Below, in pieces: positions 16,315-24,588 of a DNA stretch of 64,000 nucleotides (position 1 is its first letter; each line of letters starts with the position of its first letter). The stretch lies in sequence record NC_027356.1. One strand, given 5' to 3'. Source of the stretch: Escherichia phage DT57C. Position numbers and translations under genes: made by a program. The notes below the pieces were generated by a model. That model saw only the letters and a program-made list of their open reading frames with translations, made no database searches and was not told where the DNA came from.

Positions 16315-19104
16315 GTGTTTTCAATCCTACAAGGTCATGCAGGATTTCATCGCGATTTAGCCACAGGCAATTGGCGAGAAGTTAAAGCAGAAGATTATCT
16401 TTTTGCTAAAAGATTTTCCTCAAAGCATCCTGAAGGTAAACCAGCTTCAATGCCCTTCAAGTTTGATGTAATTGATGAAGTTGATCCTCAAACCCTAGTA
16501 GAAATGCTCCCTCTTATGAGACGTTTAACGTCTGATCCTCATATCGTTGCGGTACGAGGTCGATGTCTTGCACCTAAAAATAATGTGCGGCGTAAGAAGG
16601 GCAACTTTAATGTATCTAATCCTAGTAGTATTATTGCTATGGACGTGGATGGTATTGTAGATACAGGTGGTTGTAACAAGTTTGATCTTGTTGGCATGGC
16701 TCGTCATATTATTAGGATGTTAAATAGTATTAGTGAGGATATGTTTCCTCTTGATGCAGGGTTTATTGCTCATGCATCGTCTTCGGCTGGGCTAAAACCA
16801 GGTATCCGAATGCACTTAATACTAGAATCTAATGTTAAAGTAACTCAGGGTCAAATCAAGTTCTTATTTACATCTATCAACGAAAGTAGTAGACAAAAGT
16901 ATGGCTTTGATATTGCCGACTTAGCTTATTACTCTTCCGTACAGCTCCATTACTTTGCAGATCCTTTATTTACCGATGGTATAGTTGATCCGTTTAAAGC
17001 GGAGGGTGCTTCACGTCTGGTATTTGTTAAAGGCTCAAAAGTAAATTTACCTAATAATCTAGTTGACTATGAAACAACTAGAGGGGAGTTTAAAGAGGAA
17101 TTCTATTCTTTACTCGACCAAATTAAAGGTAAAAAAGCTGCTTCTGATAAAGTAGAGGAAACTATCAGTGAGCTAGAAGAGGCTGATGATGGGGTATACT
17201 TACGTATTATTCCAAAGCTATATCACCGAGCGTTAGAGGATGGGGTAGATTTTGGTTGGCTAGAAAAAGAAATCCGCCCAGCTTTATCAGAATATATTGC
17301 AACTAAAGATAATAGCCGTAATATTCAAGACTACTTTAACAACGGTCGAAAACAGGCTCTGAAAGCATTTGTTAATAATTCTAAACGTGATATACCCGAT
17401 GTTTTAAAAGGTATTCCGCTTAAAAAGCTAGAAACTAATTCACTAGAGACCGACAACTTCTTGAAATTAAATACTGTACCACCAGAAGGCTATATGACTT
17501 TTGTAAAAGCAAGTCTAGGTACAGGTAAAACCACGGCTGTTGTGCGTTGGTTAGATTCAGGAGTTATTAAAGGTAATTTCTTAGCAATTACCAACACTAG
17601 AGCACTGGTATCTTCAAATGCTAAGAAATTTAGTGCAGGACAATACGATAAGTCTGTAGATATGCTTAATTTTAAGCGTGGTGCTATTGACCGTATGTCC
17701 ACAACCATTCACTCTTTGCATAAGTTTAAGAGTTTTATTGGTCAAATTGATGCAATCTTTATAGACGAATGTGATGCAGTAATGAATGACCTATTATTCG
17801 CCCCCGTTGTTAAACAACGTCGTGAGTGTATTCAGGTTCTTCGTGATATTCTTGCAACTGCAAAAATCATTATACTATCCGATGGTGACATTAGTTCTGA
17901 GACGATTGAAGCATATGGTTCTTTGATTGAGTTCGATAAACCAGTTGCATTCTATAATCACCACCGTAAAATGCTGTCAAAAGCTCATGCTTATGAGTTC
18001 CCTGATGAGTCCAGTATTTGGGTTGCACTTCAGACCTCTCTAGAGATGGGTGAGAAATCTATTCTAGTATCTGATTGTGGCCCAGATGAGCTGAATGAGA
18101 AGGGTATGGCACTACGTCGTAATACTGGTGCATTAGTTAAAGAAATCCATTCAAACTCCACTTCAGATGTGGATATTCGACGTATTCTGGATTATACAAC
18201 TAATGAGCTAATTGATCAACAAATTGATTGCTTATTATGTAGTCCATCCGTAACGAGTGGAGTTGACTTTAACTATTTTGATAACGTATTTGTTATTACT
18301 AGAACCAGTAATCAGGCGCCAAACATGCGTTTCCAAGCAATCAGGCGCGACCGTGGTGCTCAGAATATCTATTATTTTATTGATAAATCCACTAGTGGAT
18401 TCTCTGCAGGTTCTGAACAATATAATATTGATGAAGGTTGGCTGGAGTTAGCGCAGCAATTATATGCACGTCGCAGGGAGCTGGAATCTAGAAACTATAC
18501 TAGTACTTTACGTTATTACTTGCTTGATCAAGGTGCAACTATTGATATTTTCAGTGAAAGCTGGGGAACTATTGAAGGTGCTGGTAAAGAATACACAGAA
18601 GAGCGAATCAAAGCTATTCTGCACTCAACTCCTGATTATTGTGCTCCACGTCATGCGGATGCGTATGAGGCTAAACTACTTATTGTTCGCTATTATCATC
18701 TTGAGTCTATTAAAGATGTAACAGTTGAGCATGTTGAACAATATATCAAAGATAAGCCGAATGATCGAGCTGCATTCTTCCATAAGATGCACGAGATGTT
18801 CTGGGAAGATATTAAGAAGTGTTCAAATGTGACCATTAAACCATTCATAGAAGCTCTGAAAGGTAAGAAGAAAGATTTCTTCCTTAAAACGGGTCAGAGT
18901 GCTAACCCAAAATATGCTAGAATGTATCTTGGTATGATGGGTATTGGTAAAGATATGAACACGGAGAATATCGTAGACTGGTACAGAACCTATTGTAAAA
19001 TCGAGTGTATGCCAATTCCTTTCAAATTTATGACAGAGGAAGAGAAGGCTATGGCAGAAGAAGCAATGTCAGAGCTAGGTGCTAGAAATGACAGTGAAGA
19101 ATAA
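16315..19104 (+). CDS. large replication protein with Walker A/B NTPase domain (origin-binding / helicase-like)
   Basis: Walker A SLGTGKTT and Walker B IFIDECD mid-protein. GTG at 16315 with AGGAG RBS preferred over the track's TTG at 16237. Confidence 0.65.
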   Translation: MFSILQGHAGFHRDLATGNWREVKAEDYLFAKRFSSKHPEGKPASMPFKFDVIDEVDPQTLVEMLPLMRRLTSDPHIVAVRGRCLAPKNNVRRKKGNFNVSNPSSIIAMDVDGIVDTGGCNKFDLVGMARHIIRMLNSISEDMFPLDAGFIAHASSSAGLKPGIRMHLILESNVKVTQGQIKFLFTSINESSRQKYGFDIADLAYYSSVQLHYFADPLFTDGIVDPFKAEGASRLVFVKGSKVNLPNNLVDYETTRGEFKEEFYSLLDQIKGKKAASDKVEETISELEEADDGVYLRIIPKLYHRALEDGVDFGWLEKEIRPALSEYIATKDNSRNIQDYFNNGRKQALKAFVNNSKRDIPDVLKGIPLKKLETNSLETDNFLKLNTVPPEGYMTFVKASLGTGKTTAVVRWLDSGVIKGNFLAITNTRALVSSNAKKFSAGQYDKSVDMLNFKRGAIDRMSTTIHSLHKFKSFIGQIDAIFIDECDAVMNDLLFAPVVKQRRECIQVLRDILATAKIIILSDGDISSETIEAYGSLIEFDKPVAFYNHHRKMLSKAHAYEFPDESSIWVALQTSLEMGEKSILVSDCGPDELNEKGMALRRNTGALVKEIHSNSTSDVDIRRILDYTTNELIDQQIDCLLCSPSVTSGVDFNYFDNVFVITRTSNQAPNMRFQAIRRDRGAQNIYYFIDKSTSGFSAGSEQYNIDEGWLELAQQLYARRRELESRNYTSTLRYYLLDQGATIDIFSESWGTIEGAGKEYTEERIKAILHSTPDYCAPRHADAYEAKLLIVRYYHLESIKDVTVEHVEQYIKDKPNDRAAFFHKMHEMFWEDIKKCSNVTIKPFIEALKGKKKDFFLKTGQSANPKYARMYLGMMGIGKDMNTENIVDWYRTYCKIECMPIPFKFMTEEEKAMAEEAMSELGARNDSEE

Positions 19105-19321
19105 AAAATGGGAAACAAGGAAGTTTCCAGTAAAAGAACGTAAAGTTCCTGTTTACGATACTTCGGAAAAGCTATGTAGGGTGGTACCACCTAGATTAGC
19201 TGGCATCCCTAACATATCCGAGTGGTTACTTAAACAACGGAGGACTAGCGTATCCCTTCGCATAGGGTTTGAGTTAGATAAAGTATATGCTGAACTTTCT
19301 TCTTTGCTCAAAGAATCATAA
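19088..19321 (+). CDS. small hypothetical protein (77 aa)
   Basis: ORF overlapping the 3' end of the large gene; no clear RBS. Confidence 0.25.
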   Translation: MTVKNKKWETRKFPVKERKVPVYDTSEKLCRVVPPRLAGIPNISEWLLKQRRTSVSLRIGFELDKVYAELSSLLKES

Positions 19322-19330
19322 AAAATTTAT

Positions 19331-19359
19331 TTGCTTTCAGGAAAATTTTTCTGTATAAT
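19331..19359 (+). promoter_or_regulatory. sigma70-type promoter (TTGCTT, 17 bp, TATAAT) with conserved leader
   Basis: ttgctt-17-tataat then cataaatttgagagaggag. Confidence 0.55.
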
Positions 19360-19390
19360 AGATTCATAAATTTGAGAGAGGAGTTTAAAT

Positions 19391-20095
19391 ATGGCTGGTT
19401 CTCGCAGAAAGAAACATATCCATGAAATCCCGGATGAAGTCTTTAAAAAGGTTATAGAGCATCTGGAGAACGGTGGTACTAAGAAAGCAGCATGTGAAAT
19501 GCTCGGCGTATCATCCAATCCGACTATGGAAAGGATGATAGAAGAGTGGCAAGATCGCCAAATTCAAGTTGCCGAGATGAAGAAAAAGAAACGTGGCACA
19601 CTCATTGAAGGCATCGAGTTAGCTAACGTTATTGAACAGTATTTATCTGGTGATTCTTTTGAAGAGATTGCCGATCGTAATTACCGCTCTGTAGCAATGG
19701 TTAAATCTGTTCTGGAACGATATGGTGCTCTACTTCGTTTAAACGATATTGTAGACCCGTTGAATCCACCAATTATTCCTGATGATGCTGTAGCAGAAGA
19801 ATTTGAAGTAGGTGAGCTAGTTTGGGTTCCTGGATACCAGTGTATCGGTGAAATCAAAAAAGCAATGGATAATCCTGTTGGTTGTTACCGTGTATGGCTT
19901 CTATCAGAAGGCAAACAACAGAACGTTCATTATATGAATTACGAGCTGGCTTCTGTTAAACATCTGGAAAAGCTAGGGGTTGACGTAAAATCTCTGGGGT
20001 ATAAATGGTCCCGGGAAGAAGTTATCACACTGATTAACGAAGCTGTTAAGGCTGCCTTGAAACTTGATAAAGAAAAAGGAAAACGCCGTGAGTAA
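19391..20095 (+). CDS. helix-turn-helix DNA-binding protein
   Basis: Two HTH-like segments (TKKAACEMLGVSSNPTMERM; SFEEIADRNYRSVAMVKSVLERYG). Confidence 0.55.
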   Translation: MAGSRRKKHIHEIPDEVFKKVIEHLENGGTKKAACEMLGVSSNPTMERMIEEWQDRQIQVAEMKKKKRGTLIEGIELANVIEQYLSGDSFEEIADRNYRSVAMVKSVLERYGALLRLNDIVDPLNPPIIPDDAVAEEFEVGELVWVPGYQCIGEIKKAMDNPVGCYRVWLLSEGKQQNVHYMNYELASVKHLEKLGVDVKSLGYKWSREEVITLINEAVKAALKLDKEKGKRRE

Positions 20096-20339
20096 ACTAA
20101 CTGATTTGCTTAAAGATGGGGAAGTAAAAACACTATATCGTAGAAGCTGGGATAACGATAATAACGGCTTAGTGTTACTAACTTTAGATGCTGACTCGGA
20201 TGTAGTTACTCAACATACTTGGGTAGCCGGTAACTATCCATATAGTGAGATTGTTTCATTAACAGTATGCGAAGCTGTTGCAGACGATTGGGAGATTGCC
20301 AGCATTGATGATATGCTCGCTGTTGGCCTGGTGGAGTAA
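20088..20339 (+). CDS. acidic hypothetical protein (about 83 aa)
   Basis: GTG at 20088 with AAGGA RBS preferred over TTG at 20064. Confidence 0.35.
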   Translation: MSKLTDLLKDGEVKTLYRRSWDNDNNGLVLLTLDADSDVVTQHTWVAGNYPYSEIVSLTVCEAVADDWEIASIDDMLAVGLVE

Positions 20340-20356
20340 CTACTTAAAAATTTCAG

Positions 20357-20385
20357 TTGCTTAATCCTACAATTCTTGATATAAT
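20357..20385 (+). promoter_or_regulatory. sigma70-type promoter (TTGCTT, 17 bp, TATAAT)
   Basis: ttgctt-17-tataat. Confidence 0.5.
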
Positions 20386-20442
20386 ATTCTCATAGTTTGA
20401 AAGAACTATTCTGTTTAATTCTTAATTAAGGAAATATAAAAT

Positions 20443-20853
20443 ATGACTACTCCAACTCAGTGGACTGATGAACTGTTCGAAAAAATGTCTTCCGAATACG
20501 TTGCTCGTATGGAGCAATTCCCAGAGGATGAACGTCCGAGTGTTAGCATGGAAATTGTTAGTGAAATTGCCCAGGAAAATGGTGTAACTCCGAACGGTTT
20601 TCGTATGAAGCTGACTAAAGCAGGTTTGTATATTAAGAAAGCTGCTGGCTCTGCTTCTAAATCTAGTGCATCTACTGGAGAAAAAGCTTCCGGTGGTTCT
20701 CGTACCTCCAAAGCCCAGGCTCATGCCGACCTTCGTTCAGCGTTCTCTGATGCTGGCTTAGCACCAGATTTTCTGGATGATGCAATTATCGACAAACTGA
20801 CCGGTAAAGCGGCTGCTCATCTGGCAGAAGCAATCCGAGCTATCACTAAGTAA
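20443..20853 (+). CDS. hypothetical protein (136 aa), host-optimised codon usage
   Basis: AAGGA RBS; codon choice (ctg, cgt, ggt, tct) unlike neighbours; Ala/Ser/Gly-rich linker; shares a motif with 23739..24506. Confidence 0.55.
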   Translation: MTTPTQWTDELFEKMSSEYVARMEQFPEDERPSVSMEIVSEIAQENGVTPNGFRMKLTKAGLYIKKAAGSASKSSASTGEKASGGSRTSKAQAHADLRSAFSDAGLAPDFLDDAIIDKLTGKAAAHLAEAIRAITK

Positions 20854-20867
20854 TAGGGAGATTATAC

Positions 20868-21155
20868 ATGAATAAACAAGAAATTATCTCCGCATGTGAA
20901 GCCCATAATGAGTTCTACCTTCATTATGAGAAACTACGCCAAAAGGGTACTACATACCTTCAGGGTACTATGGATTTTTCTGATAAGTACCTAAGTAAAC
21001 GTTTTGCTCAGGAGCGTATCCGTCAACCAAAAGATGACGAAATTCTAGTGTTTAGTCGCACTAATGACAGCTTCCGATTTATTCCTGTTGCGAAAGTTCG
21101 TCGCATTACGAGCCTTCAGTCAGAGTTAGATCGTGCTTCTCCAGTAGGCCGATAA
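20868..21155 (+). CDS. hypothetical protein (95 aa)
   Basis: ORF with GGGAG RBS. Confidence 0.5.
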   Translation: MNKQEIISACEAHNEFYLHYEKLRQKGTTYLQGTMDFSDKYLSKRFAQERIRQPKDDEILVFSRTNDSFRFIPVAKVRRITSLQSELDRASPVGR

Positions 21156-21165
21156 GAAACCAATT

Positions 21166-21190
21166 AGCCCCTATATGGGGCTTTTTGTGT
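21166..21190 (+). terminator. rho-independent terminator
   Basis: Hairpin agcccc-tatat-ggggct then ttttt. Confidence 0.55.
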
Positions 21191-21205
21191 ATTTGAGAAA
21201 CGTAA

Positions 21206-21514
21206 ATGAGCGATCAGGTAAACCAAAACTATGAAGGACACGTTGATGATCAGTCAATCCTTCTATGGGAAAAAGAAGGGGAACAAGTAAGATTGACAGT
21301 ATCTGAATTTCGTGGGAATCTATACATGGGAATTAGGTATTGGCTCCAGGATATTACTGGAGAATGGTTTCCAACGAAATCCGGCTTCTCTTTTCCGTAC
21401 ACTCTAGAAACTACTTCGCAGCTATTCTATGCTTTTACGCAAATCCTTAGTGAATCTGAGGTTTTACATGAAGTACAGAAACGAGCTGAAGAACTCAAAG
21501 CCAAGAATGCCTAG
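21206..21514 (+). CDS. hypothetical protein (102 aa)
   Basis: ORF followed by terminator hairpin. Confidence 0.45.
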   Translation: MSDQVNQNYEGHVDDQSILLWEKEGEQVRLTVSEFRGNLYMGIRYWLQDITGEWFPTKSGFSFPYTLETTSQLFYAFTQILSESEVLHEVQKRAEELKAKNA

Positions 21515-21531
21515 TTCTTGGCTTTTTCTTT
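21500..21531 (+). terminator. rho-independent terminator overlapping the stop codon
   Basis: Hairpin gccaagaa-tgcctag-ttcttggc then tttttctt. Confidence 0.55.
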
Positions 21532-21541
21532 ATAAATGTAT

Positions 21542-21570
21542 TTGCTTTCAACTCAGTTTTGATATATAAT
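21542..21570 (+). promoter_or_regulatory. sigma70-type promoter (TTGCTT, 17 bp, TATAAT)
   Basis: ttgctt-17-tataat then conserved leader and GAGAGGA RBS. Confidence 0.55.
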
Positions 21571-21599
21571 ATTTATATAAATTAATGAGAGGATCAATC

Positions 21600-21800
21600 A
21601 TGGCAATGACAGTAACACTTCCCAAGATTCAAGCAAAACTTAATCTGCTTTCCACAGCACGCATTAATTATCAAGATAACATAGGCACAGTAAATCAAAA
21701 GGCGTACAAAGATGCGTTTCTGAAAGAATCTGCTGATTTGATGGATATGGTTACACAATATAATAAAGAACTCAAGATGGAAATCGCCGATGATGAATAA
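21600..21800 (+). CDS. small hypothetical protein (66 aa)
   Basis: ATG at 21600 (GAGAGGA RBS) preferred over the track's ATG at 21585, which lies inside the RBS. Confidence 0.45.
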   Translation: MAMTVTLPKIQAKLNLLSTARINYQDNIGTVNQKAYKDAFLKESADLMDMVTQYNKELKMEIADDE

Positions 21801-22764
21801 TGTAAAAGGCTTTATTAAGCGTTGTCAAGAAGCATATTATCAAGGCATGTCTTTAATCTCTGATGAAGAATATGATCGCCTAGTAAAACGCTTCCCGTTA
21901 GAGGAAGAGATCGGGCCTAAGGGTGATATTCCACATCTGTACCGTATGTATTCTTTACAGAAAGTTTATTATAATCGTGGAGATAAACCCCCATTTAACC
22001 CATTAGGTCAAGTAGAAACTGATAAGTTAGATGGTTGTGCAATTTCCTTATTATATATTAATGGCGAATTTGTTCAAGCATTAACTCGTGGTAACGGTAT
22101 TCTAGGTAATGATGTCACAAGCAACGTAAGATTGCTGAACATCCCTAAAAAGATTTCTCAAAAAGTACCTACTCAAATCACTGGTGAAGTTCTAATTACA
22201 AAAGAAGTAGAAAATAAACGTAACTTTGCCTCTGGTGCTATTAACCTCAAAGATAGTGATGATTTCGTACAGCGTATCGGGGAAGGTGGTTTAATCTTCG
22301 TTGCATACGGTATCCAGTGTTCTGCTGAATCTGTAGGTATTACAGAAGCGTATTTAAAAGATATGCTTTGGCTAGAGAATGAGAACTTCTTAACAGTTGT
22401 TAATGTACGTTCCTTCTTTAAATGGATTCCAACGGACGGTAAAGTTGTTCGTATTAATGATAACAACAAATTCTTCCGTGAAGGCTGGACTAATAAATTT
22501 CCTCGCGGTGCATTTGCTATTAAAGAGGATGAAGAAGGTGAGACTACAACTCTTACTAAAGTTGAATGGAATGTAGGGGCTTCTGGTAAAGTAACTCCAG
22601 TCGGTTATTTTGAACCAGTAATTATTGATGATGCTACAATTGTTAAAGCGACTCTTAATAACGTTGATTATATTAACTCTCTCGATCTAGAGATCGGTTG
22701 CCAGATTCGAGTGATTCGTGCTGGTGGTGTAATCCCGTGCATAGTAGAGCGAGTTTACGATTAA
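21790..22764 (+). CDS. NAD-dependent DNA ligase, N-terminal (adenylation) part
   Basis: Adenylation KxDG motif (KLDGCAIS) and downstream nucleotidyltransferase/OB-fold region; ends in a stop with 200-bp gap before the C-terminal half. Confidence 0.8.
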   Translation: MMNNVKGFIKRCQEAYYQGMSLISDEEYDRLVKRFPLEEEIGPKGDIPHLYRMYSLQKVYYNRGDKPPFNPLGQVETDKLDGCAISLLYINGEFVQALTRGNGILGNDVTSNVRLLNIPKKISQKVPTQITGEVLITKEVENKRNFASGAINLKDSDDFVQRIGEGGLIFVAYGIQCSAESVGITEAYLKDMLWLENENFLTVVNVRSFFKWIPTDGKVVRINDNNKFFREGWTNKFPRGAFAIKEDEEGETTTLTKVEWNVGASGKVTPVGYFEPVIIDDATIVKATLNNVDYINSLDLEIGCQIRVIRAGGVIPCIVERVYD

Positions 22765-22814
22765 TACATAACCCTTTGCTACCCCTCTACCATATCGGAA
22801 TTATAAAGTGGTTA

Positions 22815-22843
22815 TTGACATTTTCGCCGCTTAGGTATATACT
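22815..22843 (+). promoter_or_regulatory. sigma70-type promoter (TTGACA, 17 bp, TATACT) in the ligase gap
   Basis: ttgaca at 22815-22820, tatact at 22838-22843. Confidence 0.5.
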
Positions 22844-22907
22844 ATTATCATTCAGTTGAGGGATAGAAAGTTATGGCGAGGGTAAGCAAAGTTAGTTAAA
22901 ATTGTAG

Positions 22908-22936
22908 TTGCTAAATGCTTAAATACTTGCTATAAT
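22908..22936 (+). promoter_or_regulatory. sigma70-type promoter (TTGCTA, 17 bp, TATAAT) in the ligase gap
   Basis: ttgcta-17-tataat then conserved leader and GGAAG RBS. Confidence 0.55.
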
Positions 22937-22966
22937 ATTTATATAAATTGATAAGGAAGAAATTTG

Positions 22967-23746
22967 ATGAAAATCGAAATTCCAACACAATGTCCCTCTT
23001 GTGGTTCTAAGCTAGATCTTGTCAACGGACAATTATTCTGTCGTAATAAGTCCAACTGTCCAGCGCAATCAAGTAAGTTAATTGAGAACTTCTGTTCAAA
23101 AATGAAGTTAAAGGGCTTTGGCCCGAAAACTATTGAGAAGCTGGAGCTGACGAAGATTTCAGAACTATTTTACCTAACCGAAGAAGATTTGGTTAGAGCC
23201 GTGGGTAGCAAGGTTGCCGCTAAGTTAATTAGCGAATTAAATACTAAAGTTCGCGGAGACATTGACTTTGGTTCAGTTCTCGGTTCTTTAGGAATCCCTC
23301 TAATTGGAGAGGTTGCAGCAAAGAAATTATCCCAAAATTGCACTAGCTTCCACGATGTGAAGGCTGACGGCAAGGCTGGAGAAAACTATAAAGCCTGGCT
23401 AAATTCCCCACAAGGCAAGGATGTTATCGAATTACCGTGGAAATTCTCAAATGGTATTAAAGGTGCTAAAGCTGACATCATCATTACAGATGAATTAGTT
23501 GCCCCGCCAAATGGAATCACGGTGTGTATTACCGGATCTTTGCAAGATTTTGCAAATCGAACGGATGCAACAAACTATCTAGAAGGTCTAGGGTATACTG
23601 TTAAAAAATCAGTTACCAAAGACGTTAAATACCTCATCTGTGAGGATGAATCTAAGCGTTCTTCCTCATCTTATAAGAAAGCCGAAACGAATGGGATAGA
23701 AATCCTGTCGATTAAAGAACTATTGGAGAAAAATAATAATGTCTAA
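22967..23746 (+). CDS. NAD-dependent DNA ligase, C-terminal part (Zn finger, HhH, BRCT-like)
   Basis: Four-Cys zinc finger CPSCGS...CRNKSNCPAQ near N-terminus, HhH-like GIPLIGEVAAKKL, BRCT-like C-terminus; ATG at 22967. Confidence 0.8.
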   Translation: MKIEIPTQCPSCGSKLDLVNGQLFCRNKSNCPAQSSKLIENFCSKMKLKGFGPKTIEKLELTKISELFYLTEEDLVRAVGSKVAAKLISELNTKVRGDIDFGSVLGSLGIPLIGEVAAKKLSQNCTSFHDVKADGKAGENYKAWLNSPQGKDVIELPWKFSNGIKGAKADIIITDELVAPPNGITVCITGSLQDFANRTDATNYLEGLGYTVKKSVTKDVKYLICEDESKRSSSSYKKAETNGIEILSIKELLEKNNNV

Positions 23747-24506
23747 ACTGAACTGGAACGTAGAAGGTGTAACCGAGTCTCTGAAAGCAAAAGCCACTGC
23801 TCTGGGTGTTGCTGTAATCTCTCAAGAACAAGTAGCTGCTATCGCTGCTGAACTGGCTGCTGAAACTGGCAAAGACGTTACCGCTCGCTCTGTTGGCTCT
23901 AAGCTGCGTAAAGAAGGTTTCGAAGTACAGAAAGCTAACGAAGTACAGAAATCCCCGTGGACTCCTGAGCAGGAAGCTGAACTGGTTGATTTCCTGAACT
24001 CTCATGCTGGTCAGTATACTTATGCTGAAATCGCTGCTGCTGTAGCTGGTGGTCAGTTCGGTGCTAAACAGGTACAGGGTAAGATCCTGAGTCTGGAAAT
24101 GACCGCCTCTGTTAAACCAACTGAAAAAGCTGCTGCTGTTCGTTCCTTCACTCCGGATGAAGAAACTGATTTTGTTAATCAGGTTGTTGCTGGTGCTACT
24201 ATTGAAGCTATCGCTGCCCACTTCGGTCGCAATATTAAGCAGATCCGTGGTAAAGCTCTGAGTCTGCTTCGTGAAGGTCGTATCGCCGCTATGCCGGTAC
24301 AGGAAACTTCAAGTGCTAAAACTCGTGAAGATCTGCTAGAAGGTCTGGATCTGGCTAACATGACTGTTGCTGAGATCGCTGAGAAAACTGGTAAGTCTGA
24401 GCGCGGTGTTAAATCTATGCTGTCTCGTCGTGGTCTGGTTGCTAAGGACTATGATGGTGCCGCTAAGCGTGCTAAACTGGATGCAAAAGCTGCGGCTGCT
24501 GAATAA
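23739..24506 (+). CDS. hypothetical repeat protein (255 aa), host-optimised codons; possible abundant DNA-binding protein
   Basis: Four copies of a roughly 30-aa motif (IAA...G.....V.GK.LSL); strongly E. coli-preferred codons; GGAG RBS; strong terminator follows. Confidence 0.6.
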   Translation: MSKLNWNVEGVTESLKAKATALGVAVISQEQVAAIAAELAAETGKDVTARSVGSKLRKEGFEVQKANEVQKSPWTPEQEAELVDFLNSHAGQYTYAEIAAAVAGGQFGAKQVQGKILSLEMTASVKPTEKAAAVRSFTPDEETDFVNQVVAGATIEAIAAHFGRNIKQIRGKALSLLREGRIAAMPVQETSSAKTREDLLEGLDLANMTVAEIAEKTGKSERGVKSMLSRRGLVAKDYDGAAKRAKLDAKAAAAE

Positions 24507-24522
24507 TCTGGTAAATTAAACC

Positions 24523-24558
24523 TAAGGGGAGGGGGCTATGCTCCTTCCCCTTTTTGCA
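24523..24558 (+). terminator. rho-independent terminator
   Basis: GC-rich hairpin aaggggagg...ccttcccctt followed by ttttt. Confidence 0.6.
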
Positions 24559-24588
24559 TTTAGAAGGCACGAAAGCGTGCAAAGGAGA

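Noticed and set aside
24538-24588. ATG at 24538 as start of the DnaB-like helicase
   Set aside because: This ATG lies inside the loop of the terminator hairpin for the upstream gene; the in-frame ATG at 24589 preceded by AAAGGAGA is preferred.
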